From contig CALWKS010000003.1 of NCBI GenBank assembly GCA_944381325.1, forward strand, positions 265,204 through 329,203: 64,000 bases of DNA, in the 5' to 3' direction. The stretch comes from an uncultured Christensenellaceae bacterium. Its GTDB lineage: Bacteria > Bacillota > Clostridia > Christensenellales > UBA3700. The notes under the pieces are model-generated. The model was not told the DNA's origin. It saw only the letters and a list, made by a program, of their open reading frames with translations, and did not search any database. A program made the translations under genes and the position numbers. This document shows, one piece after another, positions 50,372 through 60,702 of this stretch. Position 1 is the first letter of the stretch, and each line of letters begins with the position of its first letter.

Positions 50372-51905
50372 TGTCTTGTCCTCCGAATCTCAATGCGTTT
50401 GCCTTATAATAAGTTCTCTTAAGACTCTTGTAAAGTCTCTTGTAAGTCATAAACAGTTCATCGTAAATATGCGCGTTTACAGGGTTGGGTCTGTAGGTCT
50501 TGCTTTCTTTTACGAACTGCTTTGCAGCCTCGAAATTTTCCAGTTCTCCCAGACCGATAAGAGCTATGATAGCCGCACCCAGCGCACCTGCGTTGCGCGG
50601 ATTGTCCACGATTGCGAATTCCGCGCCCGTGATATCGGCGATGATCTGCATCCACGCGTTGTCCAGCGCTCCGCCGCCGATTATGCGGAACTGTCTGCAA
50701 TGGAAGCCGTAATCCTTTTCAAAGTTTTCAAGTATCCATCTGAGGTTGTAGCCTATACCTTCGTAGACTGCTCTCATAAGATGTTCTCTTGTGTGTTCAG
50801 GACCTATGTTGAACAATGTAGCACGCGTTGTGGTAGTGCTTACGGGGCATCTTTCGCCTAACATCCAAGGGGTGCAGATCAGGTGATTGCTTCCTGCCGG
50901 AATGCTCTCTATCACCTTATCCATATAAGCGTAAATGCCTTCGCCCAGTTCTTTCTGTTCTGTGCGGAAGAACTGATCTATAAGCCACTGGATATTGCTT
51001 CCCGCCGCTTCAGTAATTCCTACGACGAGGTTCATGTTTACGTCCGCGCTCTGGATTGCCGCCGCGCCGTGCTTGAACGCGGTCTGAGTTTTGCTTGCCG
51101 CGCCTACCCACGCCGAAGTGCCCAGGTAGATATGTATATCGCCGTCGCCGTTCATGCCGCTGCCTACGCAAGCGCTCTGCGTGTCGTCACAACCGCCGAA
51201 TACCGCCGTGCCTTCCTCAAGTCCCATTCTCTCAGCAGCTTCTTTGGTAAGGCCTGCGCCTATCTTATCTGTACTCTTTACGAGCGGAGGAAGTTTTGAC
51301 ATATCCAGTCCCGTAAGCGCAAGAACAGAAAGCCAGGTCTTTTTCTTGAGATCGAGACCGTAGCTTGACGCGCCGCTGTATTCAGCGACCATCTCGCCCG
51401 TGCACTTGAACTTGAGATAACCGTTTACGTCAAGAAAATATTTAGTATTGTTGTAGACGTCGGGGCGCTCTTCTTTGAGCCAGATGAGTTTCGCAATAAC
51501 GTCTTTGCCCATGATGGGAGTGCCGGCAAGAATTTTGAATATGCGCTTGCCGCCGAACTTTCTCATTATCGAGCGCGCCTGGTTTTCAGCTCTTCCGTCG
51601 ACCCATGTGATATTGTTGTGAAGAACGTTGCCCCACTGGTCGATAGGGATAATGCCCATTGCCTGCGTTGAAAAGACGACGCCTTTTACGTCGGCAGGGT
51701 CTATTTTTTTCTCTTCGACGAGCTTTTTGGTCGCCGTACAGACTGCCGCCCAATACTCTTCCGGATTCTGCTCAACAAATCCGGGGCTGGGATAATAAGT
51801 CGGATACGGCTCTGTCTTGGTGCCTATAATATGACCTTCGAAATCTACAAGCACAGCCTTGTCAGAGCTTGTACCCATATCGTGCGCGATAATGTATCTG
51901 CCCAT
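50364..51905 (-). CDS. FGGY-family carbohydrate kinase
   Basis: 513 aa. IIAHDMGTSSDKAVL at the N-terminus and GGGALDNAWMQIIADI in the C-terminal FGGY motif. Confidence 0.85.
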   Translation of the reverse strand: MGRYIIAHDMGTSSDKAVLVDFEGHIIGTKTEPYPTYYPSPGFVEQNPEEYWAAVCTATKKLVEEKKIDPADVKGVVFSTQAMGIIPIDQWGNVLHNNITWVDGRAENQARSIMRKFGGKRIFKILAGTPIMGKDVIAKLIWLKEERPDVYNNTKYFLDVNGYLKFKCTGEMVAEYSGASSYGLDLKKKTWLSVLALTGLDMSKLPPLVKSTDKIGAGLTKEAAERMGLEEGTAVFGGCDDTQSACVGSGMNGDGDIHIYLGTSAWVGAASKTQTAFKHGAAAIQSADVNMNLVVGITEAAGSNIQWLIDQFFRTEQKELGEGIYAYMDKVIESIPAGSNHLICTPWMLGERCPVSTTTTRATLFNIGPEHTREHLMRAVYEGIGYNLRWILENFEKDYGFHCRQFRIIGGGALDNAWMQIIADITGAEFAIVDNPRNAGALGAAIIALIGLGELENFEAAKQFVKESKTYRPNPVNAHIYDELFMTYKRLYKSLKRTYYKANALRFGGQDND

Positions 51906-51949
51906 TTTTCTCTCCTCTTATTTGCGCTTTTCGGAAGTGCGACCGTTTT

Positions 51950-51986
51950 ATAGAAAAGGGTTGCGCACCTTTTCGGTGTGCAACCC
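51950..51986 (-). terminator. hairpin terminator or attenuator between the aminotransferase and kinase genes
   Basis: 12-bp stem GGGTTGCGCACC / GGTGTGCAACCC (one G:U pair) with a 5-nt loop, followed by TTTTCTAT on the minus strand. Confidence 0.6.
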
Positions 51987-52017
51987 GTCCGCACAGGATA
52001 TTCAATCCGTAATTGCC

Positions 52018-53601
52018 TTATTTCTTTGCCGCAGCCTTAGCAGCATCTTTCTTTGCGCGGTATTCCGCAACCTGCTGCTCCATCGGGGTCTTGCGCTCTT
52101 TGACCAGCTTGAAGACGTCTTCAAAGCGGTTGAGTGCTTCGTCTATGATCTCGTCTGTATCAGCCATAGAAGTGTAAAGACGGCTGCCTGCGAGAGTTAC
52201 GATGCCGTGAGACATATAAGCCGCGCCCATATGTTCCATAGCTTCCTTTCTTACCATGATCATATCCTTCTTCTTGAGAACCTTTACGAGGTTGAGGATG
52301 TTCATGGATGAGAAGTCGTAGCTCATTGCGCCCGTGCATTCGAGGTGGACGATAGAGCCCTGGTTGTAAGCAACGTACGGGAGCTTGTATGCGTCGATAA
52401 GTCTTACGAGACCGTCGGTAAGTCTGTTGCCTGCAAGACCTGCTTTTACGCAAGCGTTGTTCTTAGCGATTTCTTTGATCGCAACATAACCTGCCATAGC
52501 CGAGAGCGGGTTTGCTGCCAAAGTGCCGCCGACGTAAGCTTTCTTAGCACCGCCTGCAACGCCTGCCGCCATAAGGTTGACGAGTTCTCTCTTGCCGCCT
52601 ACGCCGCCTGCCGCAGGATAGCCGCCTGCAACGATTTTACCGAAAACGGTAAGGTCGGGTTTGACGTTGAACAAGCCCTGCGCACCGCCGAGACCTACTC
52701 TGAAACCGGTAACTACTTCGTCAAAAATGAAGAGACAGCCGTACTTGTCGCAGAGCGCTCTTACTTTTGCGTTGTAATCCCAGTCAACGGGTCTGGTGCC
52801 TGACTCAGGACCTACAGGCTCAACGATAACGGCAGCTGTGCCGCCTCTCATCTTGTTCAGCTTGAGGTAAGTTTCAAGCATCTCGCAGTCATTGGGTCTG
52901 ACTTCATCCACAACCGAGAAGATGTTGTTGGGGATACCGTGAGATTCGAGGAACTGTCTCGTGCCGGGAACTTTAAGACCGTAAACCATCTGATCTGACC
53001 AGCCGTGATAAGCGCCGCCGATCTTGATGATTCTCTTTTTCTTTGTAGCGCATCTTGCGATACGGATAGCCGCCATAACGGATTCGGTACCGCTGCCCAG
53101 CATACGGAACTTTTCAACGTTGGGCATATGTTTGTTGATCTCTTTAGCGATAAGCAGCTCTGCCTCGTGGAAAAGACCGGTAACAGGTCCGCATTCGTTA
53201 ATGAGTTTGATAGCTTCTTCTCTTACTGCGGGGAAGTTGCTGCCCAGAATGGTAGGACCGCCCGCCTGAAGGAAGTCGATATACTGGTTGCCGTCAATGT
53301 CGGTCAGATACGCGCCTTCTGCCTTTACCATGCACATCGGGAACGGCTTGTTGAAAGCAAGGTTGTGCTGAACGCCGCCGGGGATGTACTCTTTCGCTTC
53401 TGCGGTGATAGCCTTGGACTTCGAGCATTTTTTGTCGTAATACTCAGATACGATTTTGTCGTATTCGTCCTTGGGGACGCTGTAGATATTGGCATCGGTA
53501 AGTTGTTTAAGGCTTGCGTTGATTTCTTTGGCATTTGCCCATCTGGTAACGCCGTAGCCTGCTTCCTGCTTACCTTTAAGCTCTGTATATGTAACCTTCA
53601 T
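52018..53601 (-). CDS. class III (GSA-aminomutase-like) PLP-dependent aminotransferase with a Lys/Ala-rich C-terminal tail
   Basis: The ORF track gives 52018..53667; the likely start is the ATG at 53601 (MKVTYTEL) after an AGGAGG RBS. Motifs GTESVMAAIRIAR, FIFDEVVTGFR and FGKIVAGGYPAAG (PLP Lys). Confidence 0.8.
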   Translation of the reverse strand: MKVTYTELKGKQEAGYGVTRWANAKEINASLKQLTDANIYSVPKDEYDKIVSEYYDKKCSKSKAITAEAKEYIPGGVQHNLAFNKPFPMCMVKAEGAYLTDIDGNQYIDFLQAGGPTILGSNFPAVREEAIKLINECGPVTGLFHEAELLIAKEINKHMPNVEKFRMLGSGTESVMAAIRIARCATKKKRIIKIGGAYHGWSDQMVYGLKVPGTRQFLESHGIPNNIFSVVDEVRPNDCEMLETYLKLNKMRGGTAAVIVEPVGPESGTRPVDWDYNAKVRALCDKYGCLFIFDEVVTGFRVGLGGAQGLFNVKPDLTVFGKIVAGGYPAAGGVGGKRELVNLMAAGVAGGAKKAYVGGTLAANPLSAMAGYVAIKEIAKNNACVKAGLAGNRLTDGLVRLIDAYKLPYVAYNQGSIVHLECTGAMSYDFSSMNILNLVKVLKKKDMIMVRKEAMEHMGAAYMSHGIVTLAGSRLYTSMADTDEIIDEALNRFEDVFKLVKERKTPMEQQVAEYRAKKDAAKAAAKK

Positions 53602-53860
53602 TGTAAGACCTCCTGTTCTTTGCAAAATCATTATATATAGTTTACCACTTTTTACGCGCGTAGTCAATCGTTAATTTTTGCGGTGAATAATCAATTTCAG
53701 CCCCTTTGCCCCTTATTTATCGGCTTTAAGGTAGGCGTGTATTATAATACACAAACAGCTGTATTTGTTCGGTTTTTCAAGCAAATTAGTTTCGGCTTTT
53801 TATTGTTTTGGAATTCTACGCTATGGTATAATGTTTATATCAAAGCTACGGGGAGAAGTT

Positions 53861-55132
53861 ATGGAAAAATTAAAACGCGAACACGCAAAATACATCATTG
53901 ATTTTGCCAAAGACGTTATCGACAAAACCGGGCCTCGCCTGCCCACGTCTCCTGAAGAGAAGCTTGGGGCAGAAATCATCGCTGAAAAGATGCAAAATGC
54001 CACCGGAAACCCTTCTGTTACAGAAACTTTCATTTGTGCACCGCGCGCTTCCATAGCCGCAATCCCGATACTCGGGCTTATAGGCATAATCAGCTTCGGA
54101 CTCTACTATATATCCCCTATCGCCAGCCTTATAACTACGGTATTCGATTTTATACTGGCAGCGGTGCAGGTATTTACATATTCCGCAAAAATGGATTTCC
54201 TTTTCAAAAAAGGCGAATCGAGAAACGTCTACAACTCTGTAGAGCCAGCAAGCGGAAAGACAGATCGCACGATCGTCCTTGCCGGACACATGGACAGCAG
54301 CTGGAACTGGAACTTGTCTCTCACAAATCCCAAAACCGCTATACCCAAAACAGCGATCGGCATAATAAGCATACTCGCTATTCTTATAATGTCTATAGTC
54401 GCGCTCGCAGTAGGCAATATTAGTTTCTTATCTATAAAAGATCTTGCAACGCTTGAAACCTACACGGGGCTGGATATTTTCAGAATCGTAATGTATTTCC
54501 TTCCCCTGCTCTGCCTGCCCGGTTGCTACTGGCTGAGCATATATCTTACATGGGATAAATCAAAGGCTTCTCCCGGCGCCATGGATAATCTTACCGGTTG
54601 CGCGCTGGCAGTTGCGATTGCTAAATACTACAAAGAAAACCCCGACAAAGCTCCTGAAAACTGCCGCTTTGTATGTATGGGCTTCGGCAGCGAAGAGGCA
54701 GGACTCAAAGGGGCTTCCGCTTTCTGCGAAAAGCACAGAAACGACGGTTTCTTCAACGACCGCACTTATGTCCTCAATCTCGATTCTTTCAGAGACGCAG
54801 GCTATTTCAACGTTGTCAACGGCGACGTATGGCTGGGCACGACTTTTGACAAAGGTCTTACCGACGTATGTTATAAGGTCATGGACGATATGAAATTGAA
54901 TCCTAAAATAATCAAAAACCCTGCAGGAGGTTGCGACTCTACTCCCCTTACCAGAATGGGAGTAAAGACCGTTACCCTCAACGCGCAGAATCCTACGACA
55001 ACAGACTATTATCACACGATAAAAGACACCGTTGAAAATCTGGACGAAGACGTTCTTGCAACGTCGTTTGAACTGCTTGTAAAAACAGTCGAAGCGGTAG
55101 CCGATTACGACGAAAAGATCAATTCAAAATAA
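53861..55132 (+). CDS. membrane-associated M28-family metallopeptidase
   Basis: The ORF track gives 53765..55132; the likely start is the ATG at 53861 after a GGGGAG RBS and an extended -10 (TGGTATAAT, 53823-53831). Motifs LAGHMDSSWNW and GFGSEEAGLKGASAF, with internal TM segments. Confidence 0.7.
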   Translation: MEKLKREHAKYIIDFAKDVIDKTGPRLPTSPEEKLGAEIIAEKMQNATGNPSVTETFICAPRASIAAIPILGLIGIISFGLYYISPIASLITTVFDFILAAVQVFTYSAKMDFLFKKGESRNVYNSVEPASGKTDRTIVLAGHMDSSWNWNLSLTNPKTAIPKTAIGIISILAILIMSIVALAVGNISFLSIKDLATLETYTGLDIFRIVMYFLPLLCLPGCYWLSIYLTWDKSKASPGAMDNLTGCALAVAIAKYYKENPDKAPENCRFVCMGFGSEEAGLKGASAFCEKHRNDGFFNDRTYVLNLDSFRDAGYFNVVNGDVWLGTTFDKGLTDVCYKVMDDMKLNPKIIKNPAGGCDSTPLTRMGVKTVTLNAQNPTTTDYYHTIKDTVENLDEDVLATSFELLVKTVEAVADYDEKINSK

Positions 55133-55158
55133 TCAAATAGATATTTATCAAATAAAAG

Positions 55159-55186
55159 GACGAGGCGCTGCGCCTCGTCTTTTTTA
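55159..55186 (+). terminator. rho-independent terminator
   Basis: Stem GACGAGGCG / CGCCTCGTC, then TTTTTT. Confidence 0.8.
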
Positions 55187-55244
55187 CTGCAATATGCATT
55201 ATATCATAATTTATCTTTTCTTATTCTTGTTATAATCCGGCATT

Positions 55245-55706
55245 TCAGCTGGCGTCTTCAGCGTACTTTATAATATCGTCGTATGCCGCAGATATCTGAG
55301 TCGTAACCAGATCGAGCGCGGCTTTTGCCTGCTCTTCCTGCTCTTCGTCGCTGCCGATAAGCACCTGAGTGTATCTGTGATATATCTGTCTGTAAGGCTC
55401 GTAAACCTGGAAATATCCCAACAATACGTATTCAAGATTATACTTGCTGAGCTCGGTAATGCACGGTTCTATGTTTTCCTCGTCGATATTAAGCGCAACG
55501 GTTGTGAATATCTGAAAAACAGGCACGCCCATCTCGTCGAAGTTCATGAAATTTATCTCCGTGATCGCACTTCCGTCCTCTTTTTCTCCCAGTCCTGTCA
55601 AAGTAGCCTTGAGCACGTCAACGCCCTTGACGTTGGTGAGGAACGCATCTATCCTTGCGCTTTCAAGATAATCTTTGAGTTTTTCAAGAAGTTCTGATTG
55701 ATTCAT
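55245..55706 (-). CDS. hypothetical acidic cytoplasmic protein
   Basis: 153-aa ORF with a plausible GGAGAA RBS. No motif recognised. Confidence 0.5.
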   Translation of the reverse strand: MNQSELLEKLKDYLESARIDAFLTNVKGVDVLKATLTGLGEKEDGSAITEINFMNFDEMGVPVFQIFTTVALNIDEENIEPCITELSKYNLEYVLLGYFQVYEPYRQIYHRYTQVLIGSDEEQEEQAKAALDLVTTQISAAYDDIIKYAEDAS

Positions 55707-55744
55707 ATTTTCTCCTTATCCATGCGCAAACAGAAGTAATAATT

Positions 55745-55975
55745 TCAGACTGTCCTGCAATCGATCGCCTTAATATATTCGTTGACTTCGGTGCTTTCTT
55801 CTGAATAAGTTACGTTTTCTGAATTATCGCAATAAACGTCTTTGCCGTCTCTGTCCGCCTTTCCGCAAGTAAGCACGAAAAGCGACGCCGCGAACACAGC
55901 AAGAAGCAGGCAGAACACCAATGCCGCTTTCAAAGTTTCTTTCAAAGAAAAATTCTGCAAACTCTTTTTACTCAT
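55745..55975 (-). CDS. small membrane or secreted protein
   Basis: 76 aa with one hydrophobic segment, AALVFCLLLAVFAASLFVLTC. It overlaps the upstream gene by 4 nt. Confidence 0.4.
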   Translation of the reverse strand: MSKKSLQNFSLKETLKAALVFCLLLAVFAASLFVLTCGKADRDGKDVYCDNSENVTYSEESTEVNEYIKAIDCRTV

Positions 55976-56280
55976 AATTTCTTTTTCACTACCTCTAACA
56001 AAAAACTGACCGGTCTGAAACCGTCGTTGCAGGAGATCATAGCCGAATGCGGATCTTTCATCCAGCCGTCATAAAAATTGCCGCCGCCTTGCGCAAGCTC
56101 TTTTACGAAATAACTCATGCTTTCCCATGCGCTGTCGCAAAATCCTTCGGGTTTTCTGCCGTCCTCAGATATAAAAACATCTCCCTCGCATATATCGCAC
56201 GTATGCTCTATAGGGTTTTCGTATTTCTCTATAAGGTCATCATAGCGCGCCTTTCTTATAGCGGTTATTTTTACGTCCAT
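55972..56280 (-). CDS. small Cys-containing protein (TIGR04076-like, tentative)
   Basis: 102 aa. ...HTCDICEGDVF...PEGFCDSAWESM.... Confidence 0.4.
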   Translation of the reverse strand: MDVKITAIRKARYDDLIEKYENPIEHTCDICEGDVFISEDGRKPEGFCDSAWESMSYFVKELAQGGGNFYDGWMKDPHSAMISCNDGFRPVSFLLEVVKKKL

Positions 56281-56407
56281 AAGACGAGTATAACAGCAAA
56301 CGACGATAAATACAACTTTTTAAATATAATAATTGCGCACAGATCCGATTTATCAGAAAGCGTGCGCAATTATTTACATCAACGAATTTTTAAATGCCTA
56401 TTACTTA

Positions 56408-56983
56408 CTAAATGAAATATATCATTCCCGCCGCGGCAGAAACAAGTATAGTGGCAATAGGCGGCATGCTCTTTTTCTTGATCAATCTGTAAATCACCAT
56501 AGTTACAGCGACTATAGTAAAAATTATCAGTGCGTGCCAATTGAATTCGCCTACGACTTCGAAGTTGTTGTAATTAGCGTAAAGACATTTGACGAAAAGC
56601 AATAAGCCCGTTGAAATAATTAATCCCCAGATAACGGGAGTAATGCCTTCAAACGCCGCTTTCACGTACTTGTTCTTAGCGAAATTCTTAAAGACGGTAG
56701 CAATGATAAGAATAATACAGAACGCAGGCAAAACTATGCCTATAGTAGCGATAAGGCTACCTAAGAAACCTGCCTGATTGCTTCCTATAAATGTGGCGAT
56801 ATTTACCGCAATAGGTCCGGGAGTGGACTCGGCAATAGCAATGTAATTCCACAGCGTATCCGCATCCAGCCAGCCGCGGGAAACAACTTCCTGCTGAATA
56901 AGCGATATCATGCCGTAACCGCCGCCGAATGATACGGCGCCTATTTTAAGGAATACGAGGAACAGTTCAAGATAAATGTTCAT
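56408..56983 (-). CDS. chromate transporter (CHR family), second half-size subunit
   Basis: 191 aa. FLKIGAVSFGGGYGMISLIQQEVV. Confidence 0.8.
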   Translation of the reverse strand: MNIYLELFLVFLKIGAVSFGGGYGMISLIQQEVVSRGWLDADTLWNYIAIAESTPGPIAVNIATFIGSNQAGFLGSLIATIGIVLPAFCIILIIATVFKNFAKNKYVKAAFEGITPVIWGLIISTGLLLFVKCLYANYNNFEVVGEFNWHALIIFTIVAVTMVIYRLIKKKSMPPIATILVSAAAGMIYFI

Positions 56984-57906
56984 ACTCTTCCTCCTTCGCC
57001 GTCAGCGCCTGTCTGCTGATTTTTAAAAGCGTCATCCTGGCTTTCAGAGGCATTTTCGTCAACACTTTTTTCTGTGCCCGTGTCCGGCAAATCGCCTTTC
57101 ATGGTTTTATCTGATTGCTCTGAAGCATTCTCTTTGCCGCCTTCTTCGACACTTACGGATTTTTCTCCGCTTCCTTCCACAGCCTTTCTGAGTTCTTTAC
57201 CCATGCCGTAAGAATTCTCTCCGTCCCTGCAGATTATCTCGGCAGCCATTCCAGTCTTGACATCGGAATCACCATTCCCGTTGCCAGACTCAGTTGCAGT
57301 CTGCTTTCCGTTCAAACCTTTCTTCTTTGCGATAATATCTCTTATTATCTGAGCTATCAATCCAAGCGCCGCGCCGATAAGGATAATGTAAACGGTTGAG
57401 AAATTCAATGAGAAAATATCGATACACACCGCCGCCGCAAACGTCAACAGGAAAATGCCCCAGGAGAAAGCGTTCTTATCCGCTTTGCGCAACATATTTA
57501 CGCCCGCAGTCGTAACCATTATCGCAATGCCTACCTTTACGCCCTCGAATGCGTATGCCACAGCGGTAAGCGACATAAATGCGTCATAAAATATCGATAT
57601 AAGATAAATGATCGCAAAAGAAGGTATGCATACCGCAAGCGTGGCAAGAAATGAACCTATAAAACCGAGCATCTTGTAACCTACGAAAGTTGCGCAGTTT
57701 ATCGCGATAGGTCCCGGAGTAGACTCTGCTATAGCGATTATCTCGTAAAGCTCTACTTCGTTTATCCATTTTTTGCGCACTACGAATTCACGCTCTATCA
57801 GTGCTATCATAGCATAGCCGCCGCCGAACGTAAACAAGCCTATCTTCAAATAACTTAAAAACAGGGTCAAAGCAAGTTTTACCCTGTCGGCAGAAATCCT
57901 TTTCAT
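56980..57906 (-). CDS. chromate transporter (CHR family), first half-size subunit with an acidic low-complexity C-terminal tail
   Basis: 308 aa. YLKIGLFTFGGGYAMIALIEREFV. About 110 aa of G/E/S/D-rich tail. 4-nt overlaps with both neighbouring genes. Confidence 0.8.
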   Translation of the reverse strand: MKRISADRVKLALTLFLSYLKIGLFTFGGGYAMIALIEREFVVRKKWINEVELYEIIAIAESTPGPIAINCATFVGYKMLGFIGSFLATLAVCIPSFAIIYLISIFYDAFMSLTAVAYAFEGVKVGIAIMVTTAGVNMLRKADKNAFSWGIFLLTFAAAVCIDIFSLNFSTVYIILIGAALGLIAQIIRDIIAKKKGLNGKQTATESGNGNGDSDVKTGMAAEIICRDGENSYGMGKELRKAVEGSGEKSVSVEEGGKENASEQSDKTMKGDLPDTGTEKSVDENASESQDDAFKNQQTGADGEGGRV

Positions 57907-59249
57907 CTGTCTTCCAGCTTTTTATAATCTCTTATTTCTACAATATCTTTATAAGCGGGACGGATAATCTTGTCCGCGTTTATAAGTTCCTCCAGTCTGT
58001 GAGCAGACCAGCCTACTATACGTGCGATTGCGAACATGGGAGTATACAATTCTTTGGGCACTCCCAGCATACTGTATGCAAAACCGCTGTAAAAGTCAAC
58101 GTTGGCAGAAACGCCTTTGTAAATGCGTCTCTCGTTTGCGATAGCCTTTGCTGACAATCTTTCGACAGTTTCGTAGAAGGTATAAAGTTTGCTCTTTCCC
58201 TTTGACTTTGACAGCTCGCTTACAAAACGCTTGAACACCTGAGCGCGAGGATCTGACAGCGAGTATACCGCGTGTCCCATACCGTAAATCAGCCCCTTGT
58301 GGTCAAACACTTCTTTGCGCAATATCTTGATCAGATAATCGTAAATTTCGTCTTCGTCCTCTATATCGTGCACGTGTTCTCTTATATGCTTCATCATCTG
58401 CACGACCTTAAGGTTTGCGCCGCCGTGCTTAGGTCCTTTAAGCGATGCGAGAGCGGCGGAAATTGCCGAATACGTATCTGTACCTGACGAGGTAACTACC
58501 CTGGTTGTAAAAGTAGAGTTGTTGCCGCCTCCGTGCTCCATATGCAGTATCAGCGCAAGATCGAGGACTTTTGCTTCAAGTTCAGAAAACTTTTTGTCAG
58601 GTCGCAACATACGCAGGAAATTCTGCGCCGTGCTCAGCTCAGGATCAGGATGATGTATGTACAGACTGTCGTCCATTATGTAATGATTGTACGCCTGATA
58701 ACTGTAAACGCTCAGCATCGGGAAAACGCTTATAAGCATAAGGCACTGTCTTATAACGTTGTGAATGCTTATGTCGTCCGCCTTTTTGTCGTACGATCCC
58801 AGCGTCAGAACGCTTCTCGACAAACTCATCATCATGTCTTTGCTCGGAGCTTTCAGAATTACATCCTTCGTGAAATTCCTTGGCAGTTTTCTAAAATCCG
58901 TAAGAGCCTGATTGAATTCTGCAAGTTGCTCCTTGTCAGGCAGATCGCCCATAAGCAGTAGATAAGCGATCTCCTCAAAGCCGTACCTGTCGTCCTTAAT
59001 CAGTCCGTCCACCAGTCCGTCGATGCTGTATCCACGGTAGTAGAGTTCACCCTCGCACGGCACATGCTCGCCGTCGACTTCCTTTGACGATACAATTTTG
59101 GAAATGTTTGTAATACCCGCGACCACGCCTTGTCCCGATTTGTCGCGCAGACCGCGCTTGACGTGAAAGTGGTCGTAAAGAGAAGTGTCGAGGGGGTAAC
59201 TCGCCAGACATTTTTTCTCGTACTTGTCTATTATAGCCTTATCTGTCAT
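57903..59249 (-). CDS. citrate synthase family protein
   Basis: 448 aa. ILHMEHGGGNNSTFT, YGMGHAVY and VDFYSG motifs. Confidence 0.85.
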   Translation of the reverse strand: MTDKAIIDKYEKKCLASYPLDTSLYDHFHVKRGLRDKSGQGVVAGITNISKIVSSKEVDGEHVPCEGELYYRGYSIDGLVDGLIKDDRYGFEEIAYLLLMGDLPDKEQLAEFNQALTDFRKLPRNFTKDVILKAPSKDMMMSLSRSVLTLGSYDKKADDISIHNVIRQCLMLISVFPMLSVYSYQAYNHYIMDDSLYIHHPDPELSTAQNFLRMLRPDKKFSELEAKVLDLALILHMEHGGGNNSTFTTRVVTSSGTDTYSAISAALASLKGPKHGGANLKVVQMMKHIREHVHDIEDEDEIYDYLIKILRKEVFDHKGLIYGMGHAVYSLSDPRAQVFKRFVSELSKSKGKSKLYTFYETVERLSAKAIANERRIYKGVSANVDFYSGFAYSMLGVPKELYTPMFAIARIVGWSAHRLEELINADKIIRPAYKDIVEIRDYKKLEDR

Positions 59250-59330
59250 TGTTACCTCCTTTGCCTCCCGGCAAAAATATTTTTATACGGCAAACACCGT
59301 AATTTTCAAAATAAAATAAACTGAACTGCT

Positions 59331-60278
59331 TTAATCCTGAATATCTTCTCCGTCATCACAACAGTTGATTTCATATGCGGCACTGCCGTCCACGGCATTG
59401 AGCACCGCCCTTTCAACCGCCTTTACAGCGGCAATCTCTATCAGCACGGGATTGACAACAGGCTTCTTCCCCGTCGCCATTACGAACAGACTGTCCCCGT
59501 CATAATCTGTATGTACGGGATATATAGTCCTTGCCAGACCGTTATGCGCCACGCTTGCGACTTTGTTTGCCGCAACCTTGTCCAGCTTAGCGTCTGTTAT
59601 AATACATCCGATAGTAGTGTTTCCGGTCAGCAGGCGAAGATATTCACCGTTTAAAATGCGTTCTTCCGCACCTATGAACGCGCCTGTCCTACCTTTGCAT
59701 CCGGCAACGATTTTTCTTGTATCCGTGTCGATTACATCACCCAAAGCATTTACCGCCACGACAGCCGTGACCGTTACTCCAGCCACTTTTACGCTAGCCG
59801 CGCCGACGCCGCTTTTAGTCGCGTATTTCATACCGCGGAACTTGCCTACGGTAGCGCCTTTGCCTACGCCCACCTGTCCGAAAGTAAGGTTATCGGTGCT
59901 TGCGTTTTCACACGCCTTTCTGCCTGCCGCCTTGTCAGGCCAATGGTAATCGTCATAAATCAGGTCGAATATGACCGCTCCGCATACTATCGGTACACGC
60001 TTGCCACCGACTTTGACGCCCACGCCTTTTTCTTTCAGATATTCCATTACCCCGCAGGTGCTTTCAAGCCCGTATGCAGAGCCGCCCGTAAGAACGACCG
60101 CGTGCACTTCCTGAGCCGCTTTTTCGCTTCTCAGTAAATCTGTCTCCCTCGTACCGGGAGCGCCGCCGCGCACGTCTGCGCCGCATATACAGCCTTTTTC
60201 GCAAAGAACGACCGTAACGCCGGTATAATCGTCGTTGTAATGTCCTATCTTTATGCCTTTGGGAAGTGTTATTTTCAT
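59331..60278 (-). CDS. P1/S58 (DmpA-like) family aminopeptidase
   Basis: 315 aa. TGVTVVL, LTGGSAYGL and GNTTIGCIITDAKL. Confidence 0.8.
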   Translation of the reverse strand: MKITLPKGIKIGHYNDDYTGVTVVLCEKGCICGADVRGGAPGTRETDLLRSEKAAQEVHAVVLTGGSAYGLESTCGVMEYLKEKGVGVKVGGKRVPIVCGAVIFDLIYDDYHWPDKAAGRKACENASTDNLTFGQVGVGKGATVGKFRGMKYATKSGVGAASVKVAGVTVTAVVAVNALGDVIDTDTRKIVAGCKGRTGAFIGAEERILNGEYLRLLTGNTTIGCIITDAKLDKVAANKVASVAHNGLARTIYPVHTDYDGDSLFVMATGKKPVVNPVLIEIAAVKAVERAVLNAVDGSAAYEINCCDDGEDIQD

Positions 60279-60279
60279 C

Positions 60280-60702
60280 TTATATTCTCTTAAAAACGTC
60301 GCCGACGACCTTCATATCGCATTTGCCTGCGTAATTAGTCTTGAAATGCTTCATTACCGCGCCAATGCTCTTGTCAGGAAGAGATTCAATGATCTTCTTT
60401 ATCTCGTCCTCACCCATCATAGCAGGTATGAATTTCTTGACTGCGGCGATCTGAGAATCAAGCTCAGCGACCTTTTCGGGTCTTCCCGCCTTTTCAAAGC
60501 TCTCTTTCTCATCGTAAAGCTCTTTTTCCGTCTTCTGCAATATAGAAACAACGTCAGCGTCCGTCAGTTCCTGTCCCTTTTCACGCTTATCGATCTTCGC
60601 AAGCATGACTTTATTCATAACGACGCTGAGCACGTCAGACGCGCTTCTGTCGCGGTCCTTCATTGCCTGAATTCTTGCTTTTTTTATTTCTTCATCCAAC
60701 AT
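60280..60702 (-). CDS. GatB/YqeY domain protein
   Basis: 140 aa. Typical YqeY pattern: IKKARIQAMKDRD...DEIKKIIESL...GAVMKHFKTNYAGKCDMKVVGDVFKRI. Confidence 0.85.
   Translation of the reverse strand: MLDEEIKKARIQAMKDRDRSASDVLSVVMNKVMLAKIDKREKGQELTDADVVSILQKTEKELYDEKESFEKAGRPEKVAELDSQIAAVKKFIPAMMGEDEIKKIIESLPDKSIGAVMKHFKTNYAGKCDMKVVGDVFKRI

Noticed and set aside
50361-51363. Plus-strand ORFs of 138-166 aa inside the FGGY kinase gene.
   Set aside because: They are antisense shadows with no independent motif or RBS.
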